DNA from: Epiperipatus broadwayi
Taxonomy: Eukaryota > Animalia > Onychophora
DNA: 64,000 nucleotides
Direction: 5' to 3'
NCBI GenBank assembly: GCA_028023455.1
Contig: JAQFVV010000010.1
Location: 14,260,001 to 14,324,000 of the forward strand
The position numbers were made by a program, and so were the translations under genes. The notes below the pieces were generated by a model. It had not been told where the DNA came from, searched no databases, and was given only the letters and a program-made list of their open reading frames with translations. Of this stretch, positions 25,141-39,065 are shown in pieces (position 1 is the stretch's first letter; each line of letters begins with the position of its first letter).

Positions 25141-28100
25141 TGGTAGATAGTTTTCTTCTAAACAAAACATCATATTGGATTTTATAATGGGAGTATTGAA
25201 AAATATTTTAAAAACAGCAAATTATGGCTATCCAATTTATGGTGAAAAACAGTTTTAACCAACAGTTGTTTCACTCCTGGGCATTGGGATCACTATAATA
25301 CTGCTTCTAAAGTAAAATGGGCTCAACTGAAATGGAATGCCTAGCTTCTTGTTTCAGACCTATTTAATGTTCAGCAACATGTTTTTCAAACAATGTATAT
25401 GTCACCAACTAGTGAAGATCTGATGTTTGCCTCATTACATGTTTTTTTAAAAACATTTTTTTAATTCCCTTTTCAATATGTTGTGGAAAAAAATTAACAG
25501 ATAATATTATACTTTGATATATGAGTAAACAAAAGTAAAAAAACACTTTTTTTTTCCTCTCCTTTTTTCTTTATTTATATTATTAGTTAACAATAGGAAG
25601 AAAGAAAAATTTTTGCCGACCTTTAATTATAGCTCAATAATTTACTTATTTTTAATAACCGATAATTTTAAACAATATTTTGAAATCTACTATCAGATTT
25701 ACTTTAAGAAGTGATAAGTTGTTTAAATAAAACTTCCATTTGGAAGATAGATTGAACAGGTTTGAAATGCTTTATATTTTTATAAACCATGCAATTCAAA
25801 TCTTTGTGCACATCAAATCCATTTTTCTTTTTTCCTTTACATTGCAATTCATCATTAGGTTTCTCGCAGATTACAAAGTAATTTTATAAAATATTTAACA
25901 ATATTATTGAATGTGTAAACTAATTTTTCATTTAAACCATTAAGCAATTAGGCATATGTGCACACACACAGGGCAGTTTAAATGATTAATTTATTTATAT
26001 TATTTTGTAATATGACTAATCTGAGCTGCTATCAAATTTGTTTTAGTTACGATATCCCATGACAGTCTTTTGTGATTACAAATCTTTTTGTTGGAATAAT
26101 ATGGGATTCAAATTATCATGATGTTTATTTTGATAGAGTAAGAATTAGATTAATAGCAGTAACAAAAAATTACCCTCCCTAATTATACCAGTTACATGAT
26201 ATTTTAATGTAAATCATTATTTGTTTGATTATACCATGGCTTTAGCTGTCCAGATTTAAAAATAAATTATCATCTGATAGATAAACATCATTTAATGCAG
26301 AATTTAAACTTCTATGTTAATTTTTAACTAACTTTGAACTTTATTAAATTTAACTATATATATTGTGTATTTTTATATTATACATGCTTATAGAGCTAGT
26401 TGTATATAGCACATTTAAATAAACATTGATATTATCTTATATCTTTTACATCTTACAGCATAATCTAGCATTGAATAGCTATATGGACATTTTGGATACA
26501 GAACCAAACAGACAGTTTTCCTTGGGGGAAAAATATATATATATATTAAATACTACAAAATATATGGATTAAGCATAATATAACATTTTTATTTATACTA
26601 TTAAATTAAACTAATTATTGAAAAGATTCTCAAACTCAAGTAATAGATCTTCATGGCAACAAAAAGTATTCTTTTTCTTATAAACCAAAAAATATTTAAG
26701 ATATTTTCATTCGCTTATTTGATTTTGTCCCATGTTACATACATTTTCTGTTATTAAAATTAATCAACGTTATTATATTAGAAGGTATGATTATGGCAGG
26801 GCAGTACAAGGTGTTTATAAAATGTCTAAATAGCAAGAATTTCTTAGGCCAAAGATATATTTTTAATGCTGTCAAATATCCAAGGAAGCTGCTTTCTAGA
26901 AATTATATTCCTTTAAAATATAAAATCTCATTATAATTGAAGAAGTTAGTTTCTGAGAATTGCATCTCATTAATGGGGGCCATTATAATTTCATCATCTT
27001 CATCTATATCTGGTAATATATAAATGAAAAATATCTTCTCAGACTTAACTTTCATATCATTAAACAATAGCTTAATACTTGTTTGGCAAATATATAAAAA
27101 TAAAGAAAAGATTGCAATATATAACAATTTTATTACTTGCATTAAAAAAAATGGTCATTTATTTGAGATTTGAAATGGCAAACTGTTTATAATTTATCGC
27201 TAAAATATAATCATAACAATTGCAATACTACTTCAAATATAAAAATGTGAAGTAAATGTTCAGCTTACATAAAATATAACAATATCCATTATATAAAAGC
27301 TAATCTATACACAGACAGATGAAAATTTTCTATGGGAATATTATAATAGCAAATAAGAATTATAGCACGCCTATATATGCTTTTAATATGTAGAGAACAA
27401 TAATGTAGAAAGTTATGAAAACACACTTAACTGGTAAATGTGAGGGATTATTGTACTCAATTCCTATATGGTGTGTATATCTGTGGGGTGTGTATATAAT
27501 GTAGATGATAATATTAAGAGTAAGAAAATTAGTGTTTTTATATATTTGGTATGAGATTTTTGGTAAAAATGCACAATTATTTTGTGACCCTTTGAAATTA
27601 TAGTGTTAGATGTTTTGCTTGTAATGAAGCTAAATTATCTGATGTAAAGATGTGGACAGCCAGAAAAAAATGAAGAAATATAACTGAAGGTGTAGGTAGA
27701 GAAGTGAATTTGGAGACAAATAGCCCTTCCTTTCCCTCGTTTTTCCCCCCCCAAAAATTAAATTGGGGGCGGGGGGGGGTACCCTTCAAAGTTGAAAAGA
27801 TGAAATTAGTAATGTAGAAATATTGAACAAAATAAATGAAAAATGATTATTTATTGAGAAAATTATAAAGAGAAAAAAGAATTTGATGTGTGAAAATATT
27901 GTTGCTTTAAAAAAAAAGTGAGTGATGATTTTAAAGAGGGAAATATTTGAGATGTACAGTAAAAGACTGAAAGACTTGGAGAACATGTTCAGGTTTTGTA
28001 TGCAAGCCTTTCCTTTTGTCATTTGACTAATGTTAATAATAGCTTATGGATCATTGAATTTATAATTAAGTAAAAGTAAAATGTGACAGAAGTATAAATT

Positions 28101-30059
28101 TATTATGGCACAATTTTGAATTATTAAGAAAAAAAAAAAGTTTCTGATATGAGGATTATGAGAAGAAAAAAAAGAGCGTTGGTGGGGGAAAAAAGACAAT
28201 TATGGGAAGTAATTAAAAAATAGAAAAGAATTTCAATTGGACATGTTCATAGAAGTAAGAATCTATTGAAAGATATTACAAGGAATTGTAAAAGATGAAA
28301 AAAAAGTAATGGAAAGATTTGGAGAATTAAAAATGCCTGCTCATCTGTCATAAATGTAAAATATATAATGGATGTTTCCCCCTAAATATATCTAATAAAA
28401 AAAATATTATTTCTTATAAGCAAACACATTTTAAGAATTAAAAGAAAAAAAAAAAATACCAGAAATTTTGAAAATGAGAGGGAAAAAATCATGTGATAGA
28501 TAATATTAATAGAAATTGAAATATTATTAAACAAAATTAATAAAATATTCATATTTCAAATAATCTGAATAGTTTGTAATTAAATAGTAAGAACATTTAT
28601 AATTTATTTTTTTTCTCTTTAATTTTTTTTTCTCTGTAATGTATCTCATTATTCCCATTGGGGACAATTTGAGTTAATAATTAGATTAAAAAACATTTTT
28701 TCATTAATAAAAGCAGTAAAACAACTCCCATCATAATTTTTCTTCAAAAAATGTTATAATTAATAGAATAGCAATGTTATAACATTTCTTAATTTATTGA
28801 TTAGCATTAATCTAAAATAGATGTGTTTTTGTGTCGCCGCCGTAGAATTATTTCTTCATAGACAATGAATGCTTTGAAAATTATGAAATTAAGTTGCTGT
28901 TTTATGAAAACACATATTTTGTCTCAGGAATTGCATGGGATTTAAATTTCTTAGAAAGATTATGATATATCTGTTGTAGAAGAATTAATTTTTTTTAAAC
29001 TAAATTTTAGTTGCTCAAAATTTGAAGTTCATTTTTTGTAAATACACAATTTTTTAGCAACTTAAAAATTTAATCAAGCAAATTATTCTTTTCTCTTAAG
29101 TAAATTAATCCTTTTTCTTGTTGGAATTTATAATAATGTTAAGTGATATTAAAGTAATCAGACTTTTTTCACCATTTGCCTCACTTCATTTATTCGGATA
29201 TTCCATGATTATGGCTCCTAATCAGATTAAATTCTTATGAACTTTTTTCAACAATTTTGTAAAAAAATATATAGGTAAAAAAAGAGTTTTTTTTTTAAAT
29301 TATAATTTTAAACAATAATTTATAATAAACTTTATATTATATTTAAAAAGATGTGTATAATTATAATAATTAATGCTAAACAATAAAGTCTCATAATATT
29401 GTGATTAGCATATTGAAGTGAAATAGCATTTTTTAAACAGCCAGTCCATAACATCTCTGTTAAACAGCCAGTTATCAATGAATGGATATCCAAATATTAT
29501 TAACTAGGGGGCGAAAGTCTGAAAATCATCTGGATCCATCTGATGAATATTTATGCATTGTTTGTTATATGCCCTTATCCTTGATGAAAGGATTTCGTAC
29601 TCCTACAGTTAGTGGAGTCCATGGATTATATAATTTTTTTTATTGTGTACGAATATATATATACATCCATACATAAACACTCATATAATATAATTGTTCT
29701 ATAACTATAGTTTACAATTCTGGATTGATTGATAGCTTTGTTCAACTGATAATAAAAGTAAGAATAAAAGAAGATAATGATAAATTTTAGATATACAATT
29801 CTCGAACTTATTTCATTTTTGAGATCAATTTTTTTATTTGATGTTCTTGCGAATTCTGAAGAAAAATTAACACCCCCTCCCCGTTATAAAAGAGACAAAA
29901 CAAAAAATAAATTCTTCAAGTCATTGCCATCTTCATTTAAAATTATAAATTATGATCCAATTTTTAAATTAATCTGATTAAATATGAAATCTAGGCATTT
30001 ATCCCCCCCCCCCAAACAATTATGTTTTAATATAAAGAATCTATCAATGAATCTTTTAT

Positions 30060-30580
30060 GTAGGGTCTTCTTTGGGGGCGCAATATGATACAACATCGAA
30101 AACTTGCGTTCATTTTATGACGATGTAGGCTTGTGTTCAACGCAGATCAAATTTTCCAAATTATTTGTCCATTTCCCTGTAGCTTCAAATAAATTCTTTT
30201 TCTATCGTTTAAATTTTTTTCGCTAATTGTTTGAGGTTTTTTTAAAATTGCATGTATCGACTCCTCTAATTGTTGTTATAAACTTACAGAAGTGTTTGTA
30301 GGGCAGTTTTCTGTCACTACTTCAATGTCCGACTGTCATAATTGCTATATTCCACTTCATCTGTGTAATTATTGTGGAATAATCTCTGTATATAATTTTT
30401 AGCTACTTTAGTGATATCAAATTTCGAAGTGATTTGAAAAATGTCATCTTGTTCTCGTAAATGGTTTGAAGAAACTATCGCATTAGTCCTTGAATTTTAA
30501 GTTCATCCAAAAGCTGGTAATTTGTTTAATATCGAATTTCTTTTTAAAATACTTCCAGCAAACTGCTCATTTTTGGAGTC
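30060..30580 (-). mobile_element. hAT (BED-finger) transposase relic
   Basis: AVCWKYFKKKFD resembles the BED start SxVWxYF; LENLICVEHKPTSS*NERKFSMLYHIAP resembles the hAT IxxxIxxDxQPxSxVExxGFxxLxxxxxP block; stops and frameshifts. Confidence 0.5.
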
Positions 30581-31625
30581 TATATAAATGTGTATCTATA
30601 TATTTAATATAACTGGTAATTAAATTTACGCACTGTATATAAAATTTACGTAACATATAAACAAACACCAAATAAAAGTACGTAATTGCATTTTTTTTTT
30701 TTTTATTAACGCTGATTAAATGTCATTAAACATAATAATACTTAAAGTGTGAAAATAATATAACAGAGTTAATAAAAAATTGTGTACTAGAATTTTTAAG
30801 GGATGTTTTGTAAAAATAACTTTCTTTTCGGTTTTTATTTTTTTTCTTCTAAATTCTCGAGAAAAATTTATCTATAAAATTAATAATACTAATGATAAAA
30901 ATTATTTCTAATGCAAGAATTAAAAAAATTGTATAAATATTGCATTATTATATCTATCTGTTAAATATTAATTATTTTGATATTTGCTGAAATACATTAA
31001 CATGTAAATTTAATTTAAAGTCATCACTTACTAAAAATAAAAACTGCTTAAAATGTTTTATAATGGCAGATCTTATATCACATGTCATGTGATCACCACT
31101 ATCCCAATACAATTTGATTATTCATAGTTTTTTTTAACGGCGCGGAGGGATAAAAAATTCACTGTTATAAATAGAGTTTAACAGACCAGTGTATTTATAT
31201 ACATGCTGAATTTAATTATTTATTTGAAACTGAATATTTACTTACTTGAATAAGATATTCCCTTTTTATTTTTATAAATACTGCTGTGAATTTTAATGAT
31301 TTAAATAGTTTTAAAGTTTCAAATTGTTAATATAAATTATTTAATAATGGATTAGCAATATGTCATTTCAATAGTAAAAGTAATAATTTATTCAAGGTTA
31401 AAGGAATTAGTGTAAATTACCCCATAATAATTTTTGTTAAGGGTTAATGAAGTATAAAAGTATTACTGGTGTTGATTGAGTAATTTTAACAGTTTGATCA
31501 CTGCTCCCCTTATCCAAGAAACTATGGGGTCACAAAACGTGAATTCCAGAAATATGTAAAATTGAGAAATAAAAGTTACACGTGTATCTTTGTAAATATT
31601 TCTTAGAAAAGTTATTATATGACTT

Positions 31626-31840
31626 GTAATATATAGGGTATATGAGCACAGACTTTCACATGACCCACCACTCTCCAGTCTATCTAATAACCCTGATACA
31701 CTTAAACGCATATATGCTGAAAAGATAAATAATCACCAATATATGTATTTCATGCTAAACCAGCAATCATCAGTTGGTTCATATACCCTATATATTACAT
31801 ATATATTCACAGGTATATAATTAGCCTGTGTTTCAGTTAT
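31626..31840. repeat. HHR family B copy with short terminal inverted arms; HHR motif 31736-31777 on -
   Basis: gtaatatatagggtatatg ... catataccctatatattac; interior aligns to 59455-59600; - strand CCAA-CTGATGA-TTGCT(GGTTT)AGCAT-GAAA-TACATA-TA-TTGG. Confidence 0.8.
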
Positions 31841-33537
31841 ATAACTTGTGTAGATTTTATTTGACAATTATTGTTACTTAAAAGTCTTCTTTAAAACCTT
31901 TGTGATTACATTAAGGGTGCAATGATTTGTTATACAGTTATCATTTTGATATCTCTATCGAAAAAAGATCTTAAATATTTTGGTCAATGCTATTTTATCT
32001 CTTTGTATATCTGCATTTAAATTTAGTAATTTTCTATATTATTTTTCTACTTCAGTAACCATCTGTTATAAATTGAATGTAATAAACAGACATTAGATGA
32101 TATTGCCTAATGCAAAATCCTTAGTATAATTTCTAGCTATTTCCAACAGTAAGGAGCATTTAATTGTTTCTTTCTGGCTAATGAACTGAAATTCAGATAT
32201 TCTAAAATTTAAAATCTTAAACGAACTTATTTGAACGATTATGAATTTGTAGGTGTAATACATCACTCTTGACTCGTTAGTCAGAAACTAGCATGATGAT
32301 TTGAATGTGGCATTGCCATCCAATGCATAGGATTACTCAAACTTAAATGGCCCTGAAGAAGAATAAATAGAATGTATTACTGTTCCTGGTACAGATATCG
32401 AAAGGAAGTTAGGGGAGTCATATAATATTTTATTTTATCTATATATGCATCGTCTTAAAAAAATAAGTTGCAACTATGTTAGCTTCATTTGTTTTGAAGT
32501 AATTCAAAATTTTTGTGTAGTAAGAATGTTAAAATATTGCAGAAAAATATTTAAATATTTTAGAGAAAAATATATATATTAAGTAGGTTAGATTAGCACA
32601 GCTACATAAAAAGCTGAATGTTTTAATTCATTATATATGTATTTTATAAAAACTTTGCATACATAAGTTTGCAAAGTCTATGGAGAGTAACATTTCTGTT
32701 ATTAAAAAAGGACAAATTGTACTAAAAAAAGGCATTGGCAAAAATGTATTATTAAATATGTATATCTAATATTACATATAAAGTCTTCAAATCATTCTCA
32801 TGAGTATTTGGTGAAATGACGTAGCATATCCTAGTGAAAATAAAGTTTCAAAAACCCAACAAATGTAGTTCAAGATTGAAGATCATTAGTTTTTAATAGA
32901 TTATCAAATCAACATTTGGAGATCGTACAAAGATGTACGATATAGAATCATACTTCCTTCAGGGTTCTGAAGAAGATTAATAGTAAAAAGTTAACAGTTT
33001 AATCTTACTATCATTGGATAGACCGGCTTTCTAATTTTTGTTTTCCAGTAAAGATGAAGCCATGGTTTAGTATAGTAAAAGAACTAACTGATCATTTTCA
33101 ACAGTGGTTTGAAATCATTGTAATCAAAGTCATAATCAGTTACGATTTCAACCAAAATGCAAATTTAAATTCATTTACAAGATTTTCTGTGGAGCTATAA
33201 TTTAATATCAGAAAAATATTTTTGTTTATCATTAATAAATAACGTAGACTTTTTGATAATGGATTTTCTTTTAGTGATCATTCTTGCCGAGATGACAGCT
33301 GAAAATCGCCTTATTAATATTTTGCTAATAGATTATCATGTTTTATATATGTATTTAATCTCTTTTTGTTGGAGAAAAGATGATAAACATAATGATCTTT
33401 AGATCATTATGTTTAGTCAATCTTAATTTGTATTTAAAAAAATATTGAGTCAATATTCTGTTTACTTTATAATTAGATTATTTCTTTTTTAACATACTTT
33501 AGTTTAACATATCACTTTTTTTTTTTTCAATTTATAG

Positions 33538-33696
33538 ATTTTAACTCGTGATTCAAAAGGCATCAGTGGTGAACAACTTAACGAATTCCGCCAATCCTTT
33601 AATCACTTTGATAAATCAAAGACTGGTCGTTTGGCTCCCGAGGAATTTAAGTCCTGCTTGGTCAGTTTAGGTTACAACATAAGGAAAGACAAACAG
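33538..33696 (+). CDS. Actn: alpha-actinin exon with EF-hand 1: [53 protein letters not shown]
   Basis: Poly-pyrimidine tract plus tttatag acceptor, CAG|gtaact donor; 159 nt; [16 protein letters not shown] motifs. Confidence 0.97.
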
Positions 33697-35025
33697 GTAA
33701 CTACATTATAATTTTGTTTTTCAAAAAAATGGAGATGGAGACTTAGACAATATATATTGGGCACTAAAAGCTTCAACAGTTAAATTTTTGCAGTTGTTTA
33801 TAAAAGTTGAACATTTTAAAATCATTTGTGTTGTTTGCTATCTTACTTAGCTTTTTTTCTTCCATATTTTTAAATTATGTTGGAAGAAAAATTTAGAGAA
33901 GAAAGCAGTTATTCTTTTTATTTTGAATTTTTCTTTTATAATCTTTAGTTATTCCAGTAACAATTATTATAAATCTTGCCAACTTGTAAAAGTACTAGTT
34001 CTTATGAATTTACTACAGTATAAGTATTATTGTTTAAGATTTCTGTAGTTTTTGGCATCTCTTTTCAGATTAGTTATGTTTTCCATCAAATTCAGTAATG
34101 TCATCAAGATATCATATAATAAGCATTCTCATTTTAGTTGAATTGATTACCTGATTGAAATTTTTATTAGTTAGTTTAAATGAACATATTTTTTATATAT
34201 GGCAAAAGCTTAGAACTTAAATTACCATTTTTAAATACAGCAAATTTGTTTTGAAAATTTGTTTAATTTAATTATATAATGTTGCATTTATTATTTCTTA
34301 GTTTTATTTTATTGATGTTTTAGTGGATTTCATGTAGTTTCAGTAATAACTGCTTTGTGTATATATATATACTTTACAATATATTTTTTCAAAACTTCTA
34401 GGAAGTAACATTTTGAAATGATACACTCCCTTACACTATCAACATCTTCTCAGAGCTTTGATTCATAAAGATATTTTTATAATCTAAATATTTTTAAAAA
34501 TTTGAGATATAATTAGCTTGATTTTTATATTATATGAAAAAAATTATGCCAAAATAAAAAGTTTTGTATGAAAGATAATTTGTAATTGGTCTATTTAAAA
34601 AAAAAAAAAAACCAAAACAGTAATAAACATAAGTGAGAGGCACTTAAAATTACCAGATTATATTTATAAAATAATATTGTATGGCTAATCAGATTTTTAA
34701 AGCAACAATTGCAATTAAGGATTTATTTCTATAAAAAGCTTTTCGTGTCATTAGTTTTAATTTATATATTCTTGGCAAAATATCTTTTATAATTTTTTCA
34801 ATCTTTGTAATGTCATATTTCAAAACTTGTTAGATATCATTTATTTTAAATTACTATACTTTGCTACTATTTCTTTATTATATATTATTAATTTTTTTAT
34901 ATAATTATCAATTTTTAAGTTTTTATTGTTTTCTGCAACTTTCATGAGAAATACTTTATATATTTCAATTATTTTAATTCAAAAACAAATAAGCCATTAA
35001 CTAATTATATTTATTATATTTCAAG

Positions 35026-35184
35026 GGTGATGCTGATTTCCAACGAATTATGTCGATAGTTGATCCAAACAATATGGGCCATGTGACATTCGATGCTTTT
35101 CTGGATTTCATGACCCGAGAAACAACGGATTTAGATACAGCTGAACAAGTTATTGCTTCTTTCCGTATTCTGGCTGGAGACAAG
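35026..35184 (+). CDS. Actn: alpha-actinin exon, EF-hand 2/3 region: [53 protein letters not shown]
   Basis: tttcaag acceptor, AAG|gtaaaa donor; 159 nt; matches track ORF 35050 in part. Confidence 0.97.
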
Positions 35185-35265
35185 GTAAAAAATGAAGATT
35201 TATTGTCTACACCATTATATGTTTTATTTGATTTTTAAATTGATTCAAATTCTTTTTTCTCTTAG

Positions 35266-35424
35266 CCATATATTACAGCAGAAGAGCTCCGACGAGAACT
35301 TCCGCCAGATCAAGCTGAATATTGCGTCCAAAGGATGCAGCCATACAAGGGTCCAGGGGCTATTCCTGGTGCATTGGACTATATGTCCTTCTCAACAGCG
35401 CTATATGGAGAAAGCGACTTGTAA
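35266..35424 (+). CDS. Actn: alpha-actinin last coding exon: [52 protein letters not shown]
   Basis: Follows an 81-nt intron (35185-35265) ending tctcttag; ends in canonical alpha-actinin C-terminus LYGESDL and TAA at 35422-35424. Confidence 0.98.
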   Translation, partial: PYITAEELRRELPPDQAEYCVQRMQPYKGPGAIPGALDYMSFSTALYGESDL

Positions 35425-36830
35425 TTAAAGGAAAAGCTCAGCTGGACTGTTGCGTGTGCTACTGAACATCTCTGGCAGAAAATAAGGCACAACCTTTTAT
35501 TAAAAACCCATTACGACCTCCATGGCTTGCACTCCTGAAAAACAATATAAAAAGGTCATTTCCCAATTAATTCCTATAGAAATTTTCTAGTTTTATATAG
35601 TTAATTACTATAAAAAGAGGGATGGGACACCAAATAGAAGAGGGAGGGTTACTTAGGAAAGATCAGTCAAATGTGATGAAAGATTGTAGATTATTAGTTT
35701 TGGTATACATCAAACCAAAAAGGGTCGTTGTAGGGTGACATAAAAAATATTTGGCATTTTTTTTGTGTTAATGAAACAAAATTCCCTTTGTATGAATCAT
35801 TTTATATACGTATATATATACTTTTTTTAATATGGATTCCATTCCGAAAATAAAACATATCTTGAATTTTCAGGGAACTGCCTATTTTTTTGTAATCCTC
35901 TTTGTTTTTATAAAAGAAAGAGAAAAAACAAACTAAAACCAAAAAGGAATATATTATTATTATTATTTTTTATTTTGTTTCAAGCAGAAATAAAATTAAA
36001 GCTTTTCTTTAATTCTCAAAGAATCCTGCTATTGCACACCAAACCAGCCGCAGAGGTAAATCATTAAACCTTTTTTTTTCTTTTTGCGCTTAGGGAATGA
36101 GGGAATTAGTCATTTTAAAAAAAAAGGCAAAAATATTTAGATATCAAAATTATTTGAGTTTTTTAAACTCGTGTTTTTTTTTTTTGCATTTATTTTACTT
36201 TTCTTCCCTTCCATTTGATGATTGTGCAATACCTAGTTGATCTTGCCTTCCCACATCCCACAGCTTGTTAAAAATTGCTTATTCTTGAAATTAATTGGAC
36301 GTTTAGTTTTAAAATTATCTTCATGGCCAAATTTGCATATTTTATTATCTAAAGAGAACAAAAATGCAATTTAGAAAAATTGTAATAAAATTATGTATTT
36401 TTTTTTTTTTATATATTTCTGTGTTCCTAGAATTTTACTTAATCTAGAGCAAGACGGAGATTTGTCAGGACTATCTTATATATTTTATATCACACATGTT
36501 CATCTCAATTTCTATCTTTTTAATTCAAAACATACTGAAATTGTACTTTTTTTATATACTTGTAAAACAAATGATTGTGAAACATTACATCAAATCTGAC
36601 GACTTGTTCTTGTACGAATGCAGTATACTTATAAGTTTGATTTTTTTTTTTGTTGTTGTTTTTGAAAAAAAAAAATTGGATTTTGTAAAATATAATTGTA
36701 CTGTTTTTTTTTTCCATTAAGAAATAAAATTTGGATGTTTTTCCAGAACTTTTATTTATATTTAAAATGTAATCATCTGATTAACATGAAATAAAATATT
36801 TAATAAAAATAATAAATACAATTTTGTATT
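35425..36830 (+). other. Actn: probable alpha-actinin 3' UTR
   Basis: Directly downstream of stop; no recognisable TE over about 1.4 kb; ends in an AATAAA cluster followed by a T-rich tract. The end point is inferred. Confidence 0.55.
36723..36816 (+). terminator. candidate polyadenylation signal cluster (AATAAA at 36723, 36790, 36802, 36811)
   Basis: Four AATAAA hexamers followed by a T-rich downstream tract (attttgtatttt). AATAAA is common by chance in such AT-rich DNA. Confidence 0.45.
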
Positions 36831-37859
36831 TTTAATTATTTAATTCTCAAAATAAATTATTCATTTGGATAAAACATTTTGTCTAAATATCTAATTATTA
36901 TTAATGTAACGACTGAGAGTGTGAAGATAAGATAATCCTATAGTAAATTAATTACTTTAAAAGATTTAGAGTTGCTTAGTATTAGTAATAGGATCATGAT
37001 CTTCCAAAACATTCATAGTTGCTTTGTTTATTAAAATCGTTTCTCAATTTCTTTATTTTTTCATTCATTTTCTAATCTCAAAATATTTTTTATGATTCCT
37101 CTATTTATTAAAATATAATAATCATTTTTTATTTATTCTTTTCAACATATTTAATCCATTCCATCTTTTCTGTTTTTCTATAAATTTACATTTTCACCCC
37201 CCATGTCCTTCAAATTAAATATTTATCGGGACTTTTTTTTTAAATTGAACTTTATTAAGTAACTCTCTTCCTAAGTTACAATGACCAACAGAATGAGATA
37301 TCTGCCTCTTGTTGAATCTGCTGGTAAGCAGAACAATATCGTAGAACGTGACTAGTTCACTCACTTAGGCTTTAGTTACTAAAGTAAACCAGCTCTTAAT
37401 AATAAATTCAAACAGGGTCTGTCCAGAAGTAATTATTTGGGTTTGAACCCTAAAATGCATGAAACTAAGAGTGCAAAAAAGCGGATAGGTACTCGCATCA
37501 TATGCTACATGTTTAAGGGAGCCATCAAATGAGTTCCAGCAGTTGTGATCAAAATCAAAAGATCACATTGTTGGTTGAAACTACTGATAGACAACATCAT
37601 CGTCATAGACACAAATTTAGGTTAATTTACCCAGCATCAGCCAGAATCTACAGTTCTGAGACCAGCCATCAACAAAACCACATCAGATGACAAAAAGTGG
37701 CAAAGACAATGGTGTGTCTTCAACCAGCTGTGTGAACCTACAGTTCCAAGACAAACCATTAGCAAAACCTCATCAGATGAAACAGTTGCAATCTGTTAGT
37801 GATGAGTTACCATTAGCTGTAATAAACCTTCAGTTCCCCCCCCCCCAAAAAAAAAAAAC

Positions 37860-38130
37860 CAAATAATGACAATAGTTGACCTGCTGAAAACATCATCAAA
37901 CAAAAAGCAACTATGCAAAGAAGTTGTCTTCCAATGCACATGCGACATTTTTCAGAACTAATAGCAGGAGGATGGACAACGGACATGTCATATCTCACTT
38001 TGCCTTCAAATAATGGACTAATCCAGATTCCTTTTGTTATCACAATCGGATTGAGCATTCAGTGCCACTAACCAATCCATATGTAAAGAGAATGCATAGC
38101 CAATGGCAAGAACAGGCCAATAGGCAATGA
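37860..38130 (+). mobile_element. LTR-retrotransposon integrase relic within a GC-richer block (about 37280-38560)
   Basis: Across frameshifts: MTIVD (LxIVD), MDNG (SDNG), SFCYHNRIEHS (FCxxNGIxH), ANGKNR (SNGxAER), in the expected order. Confidence 0.4.
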
Positions 38131-39065
38131 TGCGCACTGAATCTGAATGTTTCCATTAAGGATGGGAATTTGGCAATAAATAGGCAAACATTTTGAAGAT
38201 AATGTCAGAGGACAACTGTTAAACTTAATAACAGTAGCCTCGATCTCCATATGCTATCAAAGGGAATGTCTGCTAACCCGAATGGGAGTATATATATATT
38301 TTCCAGATTATAACTATTTAAGCTAATGATTACACAGTGATGCAAGTTCATGTTCAGGAATGGAAACTTCCAGAACCAAAGTTGCCTCTATGCAAGCTGT
38401 CATTACAGCCGTAAGGGTTGCCATATCTACTCATGAGGCAGGTTGCCAAGTACAGCTGGAAGTGGGTATGAAATCAACAGCTCACATTAGAACTAGTAGC
38501 TATACTTTGCTAAATGGTAGCAGGCGGAATATAGCCGTTATTAAATTGTAAATCGAGTATATGTATGTATATATATATTTACTGATAAATATATTACAAA
38601 ACATATGCATACTTGTTTGTGTTTATATGTATAATCATGACTAAACACAACAATCGAGTATTCAATAATAGCTCTGTAATAATCTGCTCAGTTGTCCTTT
38701 AATCTTTTAGGATTATAAATTTTCAAAAGATTCCATCAATCCTAACTTAGCATTTTTATTTATTTCAGTTTTACTTTTTACAAGATTTATCATGTTATCA
38801 ACATTAATCTGATAGAATAAATCTCTGTTCAACAACATTTATTTAGAAAATCATCTTAATAAATAAAAAGAAGAGATTTTTTTTACTGTTGATAGTAATA
38901 GAGAGACAGAGATCACACTAAATAATATGGAGAAATCTATACCAATAAGGAAGTTATTGAAAGTGAAATACTTTGTTATGAGAACAAGTAGATGTCATAT
39001 TTATTGATAGAAATAAACATCTGAATATGTTACCAAAAGAGATGTCAATGAAAGTTTTAAATTGT

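Noticed and set aside
27745-27780. G-quadruplex or regulatory G-tract
   Set aside because: It has only two G runs, paired with an adjacent C run; more likely a homopolymer within a repeat.
33697-35025. Mutually exclusive EF-hand exon of Actn
   Set aside because: No exon-like duplicate with splice sites was found by eye.
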